NCBI GenBank assembly: GCA_043228905.1
Contig: JBHGNT010000016.1
Coordinates: 10,230,001 to 10,294,000 of the forward strand
Source: Azolla caroliniana
Taxonomy: Eukaryota > Plantae > Polypodiophyta
Direction: 5' to 3'
DNA: 64,000 nt
Below, one piece after another: positions 12,960 through 25,062 of the stretch (position 1 is its first letter; every line of letters begins with the position of its first letter). The notes under the pieces are model-generated. The model ran no database searches, was not told the DNA's origin, and saw nothing but the letters and a program-made list of their open reading frames with translations. The position numbers and the translations under genes are program-made.

Positions 12960-15900
12960 CCGTGTCATCGGTCTCGGCGAAAGGATTAACTAGGGTCGTC
13001 CCGTGGTAAGGTCGAAGTCGGAAGCCATTTACCCAGCTCTTGAAGATGTCTCCGGCAAGTGTGTCAAGTTGGAATGTGTCGTTAAACTCGTCAATGATCC
13101 AGAAGGGGCCTGTCCATCGGAATCATAATTTACCCAGCATAGCATTGAATCGTGTTTTGAAGACCAACACCGGTTTGCCGAGGGTAAGTGTTTTCTCCGT
13201 ACCCTTTCGTTGTTGATCGACGAAGGCTTTACGTTGTCGTTGGCGTTGCTCCAGGTGAGCCATGTTGGCCACTCGTTGTTCGCCGAGTTCGAGGAGTTGT
13301 TCGAGCCGATATTGCTTTGATTGAGCCTCGGGTAGCCTTTCCTTAACCTGAACTCGGAGACTCGGAACTTGGAACTCGATTGGCATGACTGCTTCCAAAC
13401 CAAAGGTCATCCGAAAGGGTGTAGACTGAATGCTAGTTTTGAATGTGGTGCGATACGCCCATAATGCACTCTGGAGCTTGTCATCCCAATCGGTGCGGTT
13501 CTCATTGACGATCTTTTTCAGGATTGTCTGCAAAATTTTATTTGTCAACTCCGCCAATCCATTTGCCTGTGGATAGTACGACGTACTTTTCTTATGTACG
13601 ACTGCGTAGTGTGTAGTGAGTTCGCGAATTATGTGGTTTAGAAAATGCCCACCTTGGTCGCTAATGAGCTCGATTGGGCATCCATATCGGCACCATAGAT
13701 GTTCGTATACGAATTTTTCCATGGATGCAGCGGTATTGTCCCGCAGTGCCTTAGGCTCGACCCATTTTGTGCAATAGTTCGTGGCCACAATGATGTATTT
13801 GTTACCGGTGCGGGCCGCGGCTAGTTTAAAAGGTCCTACAAAATCTAACCCCCACTTTTGAAATGGCTCTAACGGAAGAATGGTTTGGTGCGGCATCCGG
13901 GTTCGCTCGGTCGGTTGTCCCATGCGTTGACATAGATTGCATTGTCGACAGAAGTCATGAGCATCTTTTTTTGTTGTGGGCCACCATAAGCCACTTTGCC
14001 ATATTTTTCTTGCCATGGCCTCTCTAGCGTAATGTCCCCCGGCGATTCCGTGATGTGCCTCTTGGAGGATTGCGGGTTTCTCAAATTGACGGATTGCACG
14101 GCGCTAGATGCCATCCGAGCCTTTGTGCTAGAGGATCTCGGAGACGAGACAGAAGTTCCGGCTCCTGACAGCTAGTCGCTTCCGAGCGTCGAGGGTCAAG
14201 TGGTCAGGAGGAAGGCCAGTGCTGAGAAAATGGGTCATCTCTGCGATCCATTTGTCCTCATTCATGTCTGGCAAGATTGAAAGGGCGGCGTCGGGTAAAT
14301 CATCTTACGTGGACTCGGCTGGTTCGCCAGACTTGAGGCGGCTCAGGTAGTCAGCCACGGCGTGTTGGACGCCGGCCCGGTGCTGGATCTGAAAATCAAA
14401 CTCCTATAGCATGAGCATCCATCGGGCCAGGCGACCTGTGAGGGCCTGCTTTTTAACCAAGTAGAGGAGGGCCGAGTGGTCGACGTGGAATGTGAAATTC
14501 CGGCCCAAAAGATAATGCCGAAAGTTGTTGATGTTGTAGATCATACCGAGGGCCTCGCGTTCAATGGTTGAGTAGTTCTTTTCCGCGGCTGAGAGTCGTC
14601 GGCTAGCGTAATACACGGGCCGGTACCAATTTGGTGGTGTGCGCTGCATGAGCGCGCTGCCGATGGCTATATCTTATGTGTCTATGAAGACGTGAAAAGG
14701 TTCCGACCAGACCGGTGGCTATACCACAGGGGCATGGGAGAGCATTAACTTCAAGGTTTGGTACGCTTCGTCTTTTGTCGAAGACCACTGAAATGGGAGT
14801 CGGTGCAAAGGAGTGGCGAAAACAACCAGGTGGCGTATCATCCGGCTATGCCATCTAATTTGGCCCAAGAATCTGCTGAGAGCCTTTGCGATAGAGGGCG
14901 CGGGGCATTCAGAATGGCATGCACTTTATCCGAGTCCATGGCGATGCCTTCCAGGCTGACTATGTGCCCGAGCAGGTTGCCACTTGTCACCAAGAACGTA
15001 CATTTTGCCGGATTTAAGCTCAAGCAAGTGTGTCAACATCATTCGAGACAGAGCCATAGCTGGGTCATATGCTCCAGCCGCTAGCCATACACGGCAAAAT
15101 CGTCGAGGAACACTTGCATGAACGCCGGAATATACCTGTTGAAAATCTCTGAGATGATGCGTTGGAACGTGGCCGGTGCCGTTTTTAATCAGAACATCAT
15201 TACCTCGGCCACGAAAACATCCCAGTCCGTGACAAACGTCGTTTTCTCCTGATCGTCCGGGTGCATTCGGATTTGATTATAGCCACTGAACCCATCGAGG
15301 AAACTGTAGCATTCATGACCAACCACCGTGTCGAGGACACTATCCGTGAACGAAAGAGGAAACCCATCCGTGACGGTCGCGGCATTGAGTTTGCGGTAAT
15401 CAACGCAAACGCAGATTTTCCCGTTTTTCTTGGGGACGACGACGATTGGGTTTAACCATGTGGCTCTTTTTACTAGGCATATAAAGCCTACTCGTAGGAG
15501 TTTTTCGATTTCCTCTTTGACCTTAGCCATGTAGTTGGGGTTCATTTGGTACCGTCGTTGTTGGATCGGCCGAGTGTCCGGCAAGAGGTGTACTTGATGT
15601 TGGTAAAATTGGGGATCCAATCCCTTCATGCCAGTGTAAGACCATGTGAACACATCCTGATACTCCGTGAGCAGGCGTATCAGGGCTGACCGTTCGTCGG
15701 CTGGTAAGTTATTAGCGATTTGTAGTGTACGCGGGTTCTCGTCAGAGCCGAGGTTCAGTGACTCGAGCGTTGATGCTTTGACTCATTGGGAGATGGCGAG
15801 TTCTCGTTCGAATGAGTCCTGAGCTTGTCGTAGTTCCGCGATAGTTGTGGAATCGGCTTCGTCCTGGGGAAGGGAATCTGTCGTGCCATCCTCGTCCAGT

Positions 15901-18300
15901 GGTGTGCCGAAACCCGAAATGGCGTTTATTTCGAAGAGGGGTATGATAGTGGGGTGATCTTCCAAGAAGTCATCCACCTCTTCGTTGGCTAAGCCGTCGA
16001 GCATGTGTACCCCTTCCGTGTATAAGGGCGTAGTGTTGTGAGGCGTGGTTAAGCGTTCTTTTGTTAGTACTCGTACCTTGGACTTCCCTCGGCGGAAGGA
16101 GATCATATTCCGCTGCCAATGTTGTTTAATATTTGTTGTGCGCAACCAGGGTCGACCAAGCAGCATTGGGTAAGCGCCCGGAGCTTCGAGGCGTAACACG
16201 ACTGCCGAGATAGTGAACATGTGGCCGCCTAACGTGAAATCAAGGTAGCGGATTAACCCGATGGGGCGAACCGATCGCGTATCGACCATCCATAGCCAAA
16301 AGGGGCAAGGCTCCCATTGGTTTATGCCGAGGGTGTGACATGTGGCCTCGTTGTTGACATTCACACCGGACCCACCGTCGATTATGCACCCATGAAGGTC
16401 GCGTCTTTTAATCATGATTTTCACGGCTGGATTTTGGGAATCCATGAGGGGTGGGCCTGTCCCTGGCTCCGTCAGGTTAACAGGGGAGGGGGTGCGACCG
16501 ATATGTCGTTAGCCGTGAGCTTAGCCAAGGTATCCCGAAAGTGCGGCATGGGCGGTAACAACTTATGTAATGGTAGCGAGATCCTGGCGCTTGTAAGGGC
16601 TTCCCACAAATGGTCATCTTCTGCCGTGGTGGATGGTCATGCGGTTGGTGGTGCGTCGATGGTCACTTCCTGCATCTTTGTGCGCACCCGTGCCACATTG
16701 CTTTTATTGGCAGTCTCAATCCATTCCTTGGCTGCTTTTCGAACGTCATCTTTTTCTTGCCATTGGCTGGCATGGGTCTTGCTACGTGTAGTGACATGTT
16801 GGATGTCGATCATAATAGTATTCACAGCCGGAGCCTTGCCGCGGTCTCTGGTTGGGCATTGGGTAGCGTAGTGTCTGGGTTGGTTACACTTAAAGCAGAT
16901 AATGGATGCCGAGTTGTTGGTGTCACCGTGCTCAGTGTGTGGGAAGGAGTGTGATTGGTTCCCGGCCGCTTGGGTAGGCGTGTTGGCCCGTGGCGTGGTG
17001 TGCGGTGTGCGTTGTGTGGGGCGTTTGGAGGGGGGTCCCGACGAAGATTGTCGTTCTAACGTATTGTTCGTCAGACCTCTATAAGAGTTTCGTCAATTGT
17101 TTCGTGAATACCGATGATCGTACCGGTCCTCCCGGTCGTCGTCATACCAATCGTACTCATTGTTCGCTCTATATTGGTCGTCGTGGTACTGGTCACGGTC
17201 GTCTGATCTCCTGCGATTGTCGTGGTGGTATCGGTCGTCGTCGCGGTGCTGGCGATCCGGGGATCATGATCGCTCGTTTGCCCGATGTCGATATGACTGA
17301 CGTTCATCCTGTCGGGAGTATGTATTGCGCAGCTCGATCTGGCGAACCGGAGCCATCATTGTGCGGTTGAGCATGTTGTACTCACATTGTTCGATCATGT
17401 GAGCTCAGGACTGACATATTGGGCAATATGACCGGTGAGGGCACTCAAGAGCCAGATGGCTTGAGCCTGAGCAGAGGGTTTGTTGGAAATGATTATCCTC
17501 TTGAGGAAGGGAAAACCGTGTTATGTTGTGTCTGATCGATGGCGAGGACGCATGTGATGACTTGCTCGATAGTCTGGTTGGAGAAATTTGTAAGTGCGAG
17601 AGTCGTCCGTAGAGGCTCCCGTAGGTTGAACAGGAAGGTATCCGGAATGTGATGAGCGGAGACATCGTCGGCCAGTTGTTGGTAGAGATCCTAAAATTGG
17701 ATCGTGAACTGGGCGACCGTCTTTTGAGGTTCTTGGCTCATGGAAAAGAATTGCCGGAGTAGTTCCCGCTTCGGAACTTGGCGGTGAAATAATTCTAGGA
17801 ACTTTTTCCAGACGTCCTGGAACGTTATGACCTCCCCCATGTCGAGGTGGGAGTACCATCGAGCAGTCCGGCCATCGAGGGATAAAGCAAATTCCACGAT
17901 TTTGGAGGCCTCGATTTCAGCAACCGATAACCGCTGCGTCGAGTGGATGGCCTGCCATGTGGACACGAACGCCCGGGTGTATGATTCCACGGTATCATGG
18001 GTAGGGGTAAGGCATGGTATCGAGATCCGGGTACTTGGGTAAAGCCGGAAAAGGGTTAGGGTCAAGTTGGGTGACCTCTGGAGGGCTCGGCGGGGAGGTT
18101 GGTGCGGAATCAACTCGCAACTGGGTATCGGGTGGCGAGGATTGCAACGGGTGAGCCTCCGATAGTTCCTGGAACGATTGGTCAGTGACCGCTGAGTCGG
18201 AAGTTCCTTCGACTGGCTCAGGGCGTCGGGCAGGTGGCCGAGACCGCGTGATGCGATTGGGCACCCGTAATGGTGGCTGGGGTTTGCTTCCAACGTAGTT
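12960..18300 (-). pseudogene. Gypsy B gag-pol (gag, PR, RT, RNase H, integrase)
   Basis: PR IIDGGSGVNV (15783-16445); RT YSFLDGFSGYNQI (15189-15653); RH PVYYASRRLSAAEKNY; [12 protein letters not shown]...ISDQGGHF..YYPQANG (13123-14016). Confidence 0.92.
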
Positions 18301-18337
18301 CGCTGTGATCTTACAGCTGTAACCGGGCGTGCCAAAT

Positions 18338-18808
18338 TGTCTTAACCGATTCTGGGGAAACACCTTCGACGAGCCCACATGCTATCGGTGTCAAGGGATC
18401 GTGTTACGTGGAAGCCTCTTCTACACGGGGAAACGGAAGGAGAACGGGGAGCGTACACAGGCATAAACGTAGCTCGATTTACGAGTACGGGGAGAATACA
18501 CAGATAGAAGATTAGAAAAACAAAACTTATATTAAATGATAAAGCTCACAACGATTACAGTACTCGGCTCTCAGCCGGAACAGTTCGTTCAGAGCTTTCT
18601 GCTAGGATAATACTCTCGCTAAGACTGATCTAGATAATCCCCCCCGTGAGTTATGCATAACTCGGGTTATATAGTTTTCCTCTTGAGATAGAGCCAATGG
18701 CTCGGTTGATTGTGAGGGCTAAAAACACGGCTATCTATTTCCTCACCTACTCTTCTACCTAACGGCGAGTTTACATAATGTATTTATATTTCTGGCCTAT
18801 GGACAACA
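18338..18808 (-). repeat. 5' LTR of Gypsy B
   Basis: Direct repeat of 8855-9336; PBS adjacent on the internal side. Confidence 0.92.
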
Positions 18809-19020
18809 TATGTGTGAGTAGAATATAGGTAGAAGGATGTAAGTCCTATATTCAATATACTTGGTAGTAGAGGATCTTGAATGCATCCCCACTTATGCAC
18901 GAGTACAAAATCCTATTTAAGGGTTTAAGGTAAACCAACTAACTAGATTTTATCTAGGTAACTACTAAGTTACGTGTGTTGACTAACTAACTAAACTAAG
19001 TTGAGCTTGATATTTCAACA

Positions 19021-20000
19021 ATCCTAATTTAGCTTGATTGGAGTGTTTTGTATATGGGAAACTGCTAACTACCACGGAGTGAAGGATGTGTGTGAGTTTC
19101 GTAATAAGGCTTCCTAAAGGTAAAGAGGGATCAAGAGAGGAGAGATGGGCCTGAATATGTCGAGAGTATATGTTAGAGAGCTCATGTGTGAAATGTATTG
19201 TTGTGTGATGGCTTGGTTGACTAAAGTTGGTGACATTGGAAATATCGCGTTTTAGCTCAAAGTATAAGAAACTACAGTCCGTGCCAATAGGACATGGGGC
19301 CACCTATAAGGAGTTAATCGTGTGGGTTGCTTCAGGGTGTCATGTTAGATAATCAACTGTGCTTTCCCCTCCTCCATGTGGGAAACATGTGAGCTCTTTT
19401 GAGCTTGACCACTTGGCTAAACCATTATATATGACCATCCGGTGCCGACTACCAAGTTCAAGCAAATAATGGCGAAAGCTCGTGGCGTCCGCACCTTGAT
19501 CCTTTGATCTACGTGTGATGCCTATGTTTAAAGGATTGGCATTTACCATTTCTAGGTTTCTATTCATCTGAAAGACTATGCATTATCGAGATTGGGTTCT
19601 CGCATTGAAATCTCCTACAAGGAAGAATTATCCTTGGGAAGAATATCGGATTATGTCATCCGATAGAGGTTCATATGGAGAAGGCCCATGTGGCATTCCT
19701 TCACCCTCTCCAACCATATTATAATGGGATCATTTCGGGGGAAAGTAACAAATGGTGAAAAATACTATTTGGTCCTTGCTTATGAAGACTTTCACCCACA
19801 TAAAATGAGCTTCTGGTTCTGTCCTTAGTATTTCTATCCTATTATATGTAGCTCTCTCCGAAACAATATTGCGACACCTCCAAATCCCTTGATAGTGCGT
19901 CGACGTGAGGTTTGTCTACTGGACTCCCAACGAAATCCTTCGACTTGTGGGAGTCCTTTATTTGGGCTTTGGTGTGTTTCTACTAAGAAAAGTATATTTG
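19021..20000 (-). mobile_element. LINE 5' part: AP-endonuclease domain (continuation of 2601-4725)
   Basis: Minus-strand motifs ILFLVETH, GFGGVAILF, ICYFPP, FLVGDFNART, STVDYL. Removing Copia A restores the reading ...QAKLG|SIPQNRWYDE. Confidence 0.85.
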
Positions 20001-20690
20001 ATGGATGTGAGTTCCTACTTCCTAAAGAGAGGTCAAAGTCTCAGAAGATGCTTGATTGGAGAAATCTTTTGCCTTTTTCCTCACAACAAATAGGTTGCGT
20101 TGATCCTACCTTTGTAGAATTGATGGCCATATTTACAATACCCCATGTACCTCGATAATTGAAGCCAGTCCCTATTATGAGGACTTATATCCCAAAGTCA
20201 ATAAAATTGTTAAAAGAGAAAGTAAATATGGAATTCTCAAACCATTCAATACACTCTACAATAGATGGTTCACGGTTGCAAAGAAGAATGGCATGCCACG
20301 ATTTATACAAGACCTCCAATCAATTAATGGAGTTATCATCTATAATGTTTTGATCATGCCAAGCATAGATGAGTTCATCATTAAAGCATGTGTAGAAAGA
20401 TCTATTTATTGGATTAGAGATCTCTATTTATAGTATGAACAATTCCAACTGCCCTTAGTTAGTCGATATATCATATGACGTGGACTTCGATAGGGTTAGT
20501 AAGGATGTGTACACTACCGCAAAAGGCAACTCAAGTGGCTCATATCATGAATGTGATGAACAAAAGGGCTGAGAGACTACATTCCAAACATCACTATGTC
20601 TTTTGTAGATGACATTATAATAAAAGGATGTTTATATTCAAATAAACCTGGGAACAAGATTGTTAGAAGGTATTGGTAGATAAAACTTCA
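20001..20690 (+). pseudogene. Old, AT-drifted RT fragment of the Trp-primed Gypsy family
   Basis: QIGCVDPTFVELMAIFTIPHVP, KLLKEKV and MSFVDDIIIKGC match 35950-36520. Confidence 0.75.
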
Positions 20691-21894
20691 AGGATTGGTT
20701 TATGTTTCAAATGTGATTGTACATTGATACTTTTGTTTCAATAATGATATGTATTTCTTTTTAGATTCTTTAATAGAGACGTAGATGGATTATTATTATA
20801 TCACTACATGTAGATTGGATTATCTTTGGCATAATAATTCCATGTTCAAACAAAATAATAAATGGTTTTATAATTCAAGGCATTTTTTATTTATTTATGC
20901 TTATTAAATGAATTTATAATTAAAGGCAAAAATAACTTACTTAGACTTAAAGAGTATGGACATATGTATATGGTTTTACTTAGGCTTAGTTGTTTTGAGC
21001 TTCACCCATTTAGGCTTTACTGGATTAAGCGTTACTTACATTAGGGCATGGTTCAGCTTGAATTTTATTAACTTGTTTAGGCTTAACATGTGAAAAGGCC
21101 ATCTTGTCCTAACAAGAAGTCTTAAAGCTTGTGCTTGTGTAGAGAAGAGGAGAGAATAAACATGTGATTGTGGTAGAACGAGAGATACCAGCAAGTTTCT
21201 CGGTGTAAACCTGAGAAGGTGGAGGTGAAGTGAGATTAATGTAGAGGATATGGTGAGTAAATGATGGGAAGGAACGTGGAGGAGAGTGCGTGTAAATAAA
21301 TACGTACGAAGAAAGATATAACACACACACACACAGACATATGTATTATATATATATATACATATATATCTATAGGTAGGTAGGTTTATTTCGCTTTAAT
21401 TGGCCAGCCTTCATCGTGGGGTGTGTGTGCGTGTGCGCACACGCATCATCAATAATTTAAAAATAAACGATATCTGAATGTGAAATAATGTAAGAAAGAA
21501 GAAAGAATATGGCTGGCCGCATCATCATCATCATCATCTTTAGTAGCAGCAGCAGTAGTAGTTGTAGTAAATAACTAATATATATATACATAATGGATGG
21601 CCATCCCCTCCAAAAATAAATAAATACGTTTAAAAATAAATGAATACGAATATGCTAAAAAAAGCGATATATGTATATACATATGTACATAAATGTAAAG
21701 TAGGCCGTTCTCCTCCTCCTCTTCCAGAATGTATCTGTTTACTATTATTATTACACTACTATTACATATACATATAGTATACATATATGCATACGTACAT
21801 ATGTATGTATATGTACATATGTATCTCTATCTATACATTCTCACCTTCTTCCATATCGCACGCTTACGCGAGTTGCCTCCCCCCCTCCCTCACA

Positions 21895-21948
21895 CGCACA
21901 GAGAGAGAGAGAGAGACAGAGAGACAGAGAGAGAGACAGAGAGAGAGC
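21895..21948. repeat. (GA)n-rich microsatellite immediately upstream of the OFP start codon
   Basis: GAGAGAGAGAGAGAGACAGAGAGACAGAGAGAGAG... directly visible. Confidence 0.9.
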
Positions 21949-21961
21949 GTCTCCTCTTGAC

Positions 21962-23902
21962 ATGGCCAAGATCAAACTCAAATTATGGTTCCGAAAGCTC
22001 ACCGTCAAAACTTCTCCTCCGTCTCCGTGTTCGTTTCCCTCTTCTTCCTCCACACAATTTCATCTTCCATTGTTAAGATCAAATTGTGGGTCTGCTTGTG
22101 TTAATGAACTGCAGGAACTGCCTTGTGCAGAGAATGTAGTCCTTCAACTCTCTAACCCTAACGGTAAATCAACCCCAAACCCTAACAATAAAGCAACTCC
22201 AAACCCCAATAACATCGTCACCGTAACTAGAAACCCTATTATTGCCTCGTCAAACCACCCTGAAAATACCATCAGAAACCCTAACCCTCTAAACGAATCA
22301 GCTGTAAGGCCTCATTCAAGATTCAATGAAGTGAATATGAGCACGGTTCATTGCGGGTGCAGCCACTACTCCACCAGGTTCGCCTCGTCATTTAGGAAAT
22401 CAACGCAGGACATCCTGACGTCTTCTTGCAAGGGTAGATCTTCCGACCCTATCCCTGCCATTGCATCGAATGATGGACTGCAAAGCCCCACTGAATTAGA
22501 TGGAAACAGAGGAGATGATCACAGAAACAGAAGAACAAGAATCAGCAGTAACAGAAGAACTAAGAACAGGGTAAGTAGAAGAACTTCTGATTCCAATTTT
22601 CAAGAAAATGACAATGCAATACAGAGCAAAGAGCTAGAGAACGGCGTAATTATTGCATGCAGCAAGACATACCCTCATCAGAGTGTAAACAATCGTCCGT
22701 ATGTCAAGGAATCAGATAATGGCGCAGACGAAGTCCAAGGTAAGTGTCTAGAAAATTCTACTCCTTGTTGTAACCATCGGGCACTGAAGAAAGATATGGT
22801 GTATAAAAAGGCGCATGAAACTCTGATGAGAGATTATTTCTCTGTTTTGGCGGTTACTAGTGACGATGCCTTCACTTATGGGGATAAAAGTCAACAAAGT
22901 TTTTCTTCAAATTCGAGCAGGGAGTGTATGAGTCACCGTAATAGCTCCGAGAAATTGAAGAGGTCGAGTCATAAAAACCGCCATCATGTTATGGATTCTT
23001 CAGTAGACGGTGGATCAAGCAGGAGTTTTCGAGATATTCAAGTGGATAACGTCAATTATGTAAATGCCAACGAAAACGCTCCACTGCCTAACGGCAAGAG
23101 GATGGACGACTCTAACTACCTTGTGCGCATTAAAGAGGAGTATGAATTAGAAGATAAGATTATCGTGAGAATAGAAGACGATTCATCATCTTTCTCTAAA
23201 AGCCAGACGGGGTTAAAGCTGCGGAGGAAGTCAACAGGTGATGGAGAGGAGATGCTAGTTGATGACCACAAGCAGGATGATGATGATGATGATGATGACA
23301 TTTGCCAAACATTAAATGTATCAAGTGAAGCCAATGATTTTGGGAAAGACGAGTGTAGTAGCTACACTTCAATAGCACAGGGTGCTGTTATTAGGAATAG
23401 GAATAGGAGGAGGGGCAGTAGGAAATTGGAAAGTGCGTATGGGTTGATGACAGATGGAGTGGCAGAGGGGGATAATGGCGGAGATATGGAGGCTTCTTCT
23501 ACTGATGACGATGATGGTCATGGTGTAATAAAGGATGATAATAATAGTAATAGTAATAGGGAGGAGGGTGATTATTGTGATACCAGTTGTTTTGATGATG
23601 ATACGGGCATTCTGGCAGCGGAGAGTGGCCATAATGGTAATGGCGGTGGGTGCGTGGCGGTTATGAAATGTAGCAACGATCCGGTGGTGGACTTCCATGG
23701 GTCCATGATAGATGTGATCATGGCAGCCGCTGAGGGGGAGGAGGAAGAATGTAGGAGAAGGCGGGTGCTGCTGACGGCATCAGACATGGAGGCCCTGCTT
23801 CTCTGCTATCTGTCTCTCAATTCCCAGGAGCACCACCACGCCATTGTCACTGCATTCACCCAAGTGTGGAAGGAGGTCTTTGCAAACGACGAAGACTTAT
23901 GA
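21962..23902 (+). CDS. OVATE family protein (OFP), 646 aa, single exon
   Basis: Intact long ORF. C-terminal OVATE domain VAVMKCSNDPVVDFHGSM...DMEALLLCYLSLNSQEHHHAIVTAFTQVW; basic N-terminus MAKIKLKLWFRKL; low-complexity middle typical of OFPs. Confidence 0.9.
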   Translation: MAKIKLKLWFRKLTVKTSPPSPCSFPSSSSTQFHLPLLRSNCGSACVNELQELPCAENVVLQLSNPNGKSTPNPNNKATPNPNNIVTVTRNPIIASSNHPENTIRNPNPLNESAVRPHSRFNEVNMSTVHCGCSHYSTRFASSFRKSTQDILTSSCKGRSSDPIPAIASNDGLQSPTELDGNRGDDHRNRRTRISSNRRTKNRVSRRTSDSNFQENDNAIQSKELENGVIIACSKTYPHQSVNNRPYVKESDNGADEVQGKCLENSTPCCNHRALKKDMVYKKAHETLMRDYFSVLAVTSDDAFTYGDKSQQSFSSNSSRECMSHRNSSEKLKRSSHKNRHHVMDSSVDGGSSRSFRDIQVDNVNYVNANENAPLPNGKRMDDSNYLVRIKEEYELEDKIIVRIEDDSSSFSKSQTGLKLRRKSTGDGEEMLVDDHKQDDDDDDDDICQTLNVSSEANDFGKDECSSYTSIAQGAVIRNRNRRRGSRKLESAYGLMTDGVAEGDNGGDMEASSTDDDDGHGVIKDDNNSNSNREEGDYCDTSCFDDDTGILAAESGHNGNGGGCVAVMKCSNDPVVDFHGSMIDVIMAAAEGEEEECRRRRVLLTASDMEALLLCYLSLNSQEHHHAIVTAFTQVWKEVFANDEDL

Positions 23903-24058
23903 TGATGATGATGATGTTGTTGTTCATAACATAACAAACATACATGTAAATGTAAATAAATATGCCATAGTTTTGTTTGTTGGAGTTACGATGTTGGTCT
24001 TTCAATATTATTATGATGTCATTTCTGGTTCAGCTCCCTTGGGTATTACATATATAAA

Positions 24059-24060
<2 letters not shown>

Positions 24061-24105
<45 letters not shown>
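24061..24105. repeat. (AC)n microsatellite in the OFP 3' region
   Basis: About 20 AC units directly visible. Confidence 0.95.
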
Positions 24106-24108
<3 letters not shown>

Positions 24109-24280
24109 GACTTTAATATCTTTGGTCCTAGGACTAGAATTTGGTAACACAACTCAACACAATGTATATATATGACTTTAATATCTTTGGTCCTAGGACT
24201 AGAATTTGGTAACACAACTCAACACAATGTATATATGTTTAATATATTCAGTCCTAGTACTAAAATTTGGTAACACAACA
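24105..24280. repeat. About 65-bp tandem duplication: two near-exact copies and one degenerate copy
   Basis: ATATGACTTTAATATCTTTGGTCCTAGGACTAGAATTTGGTAACACAACTCAACACAATGTATAT repeated. Confidence 0.85.
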
Positions 24281-25062
24281 ACATATTCATGCGTGATAAC
24301 CAAACTAAAATCTATCTTGCTATATTGTCTCTGTGTTTAATGTTTGGTGGGTGTGTATGGGTTGGTTATCTCAAGTAGATGGATGTCTTGTTAGATTAGC
24401 TATGGGATTGCGATGTCATAGTACATCAAGACTGTATGTAGTGAACACGTTCGTGTTCAGAAGAGGAAGGATCGCGCATTTTATTTATAGATTCCTTTTA
24501 TAATCTTGTGATTTTAGACAACTTTTCAAAACTTGATACAACAGTATCTATCACCTGTTTTAAATAACATGTAAAATTTGCTCATTTTTTGAGATTTAAC
24601 AAATTTTAAAATGATAATTTTTAAAATTGAATAGTTTTTAAGTAAATGTTAAATATTGATGGTTTGCAGATACGAAATGTAGTTAACTTAAATAAAATCA
24701 CAATGGTTAACTCAAGGCACAAGTTAAGATTAATGGTTTTATTATTTTGATGAGATTAAGATTACATTTTTTGTTAGACTTGAAAATGTTTTAAGCATAA
24801 GAGGTAACTTTGCAATCCTTAATGTCATTATCTATAAATTTAGTGCTCATTAACATCCATAAATTCACAACTTAAGAAATGTAAATAATATTCATAAACA
24901 ATTTTGATAAATCCACAACTCTTAAAATGTAGATGATATTCATAAACCATTAAACTTTACATATGAACATCAATATATCAATTTGAATATATCACAGTTA
25001 ATAGGGTATCTACAATGTTATCCTTTTTTTCTTTTTGAGAATTTCTTTACAAAATTTGTAAA

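Larger units (their letters stand above)
8855..18808 (-). mobile_element. Full-length Athila-like Ty3/Gypsy element B with extra 3' ORF; decayed
   Basis: LTRs 8855-9336 and 18338-18808; TSD CATGT/TATGT; PBS TGGCACGCCCGG at 18323-18334 (-); gag, PR, RT, RH and INT fragments on the minus strand. Confidence 0.92.
4726..19020 (-). mobile_element. Ty1/Copia element A, internally deleted (no RT/RNase H), inserted in the LINE
   Basis: TSD ATCCT at 4721-4725 and 19021-19025. 3' LTR 4726-5168 with PPT complement CACCCCCTC after it; 5' LTR 7923-19020 (interrupted twice); degenerate iMet PBS TGATATCAGAAC at 7911-7922 (-). Confidence 0.92.

Noticed and set aside
2600-20690. Idea that 1-2600 and 20001-20690 are one Gypsy element split by the LINE
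   Set aside because: The breakpoints are near each other in pol, but the right fragment is far more decayed and AT-rich, about 30 codons are missing and there is no TSD.
21036-21841. Short ORFs upstream of the OFP gene
   Set aside because: Produced by AT, AC and GA microsatellites; no protein motifs.
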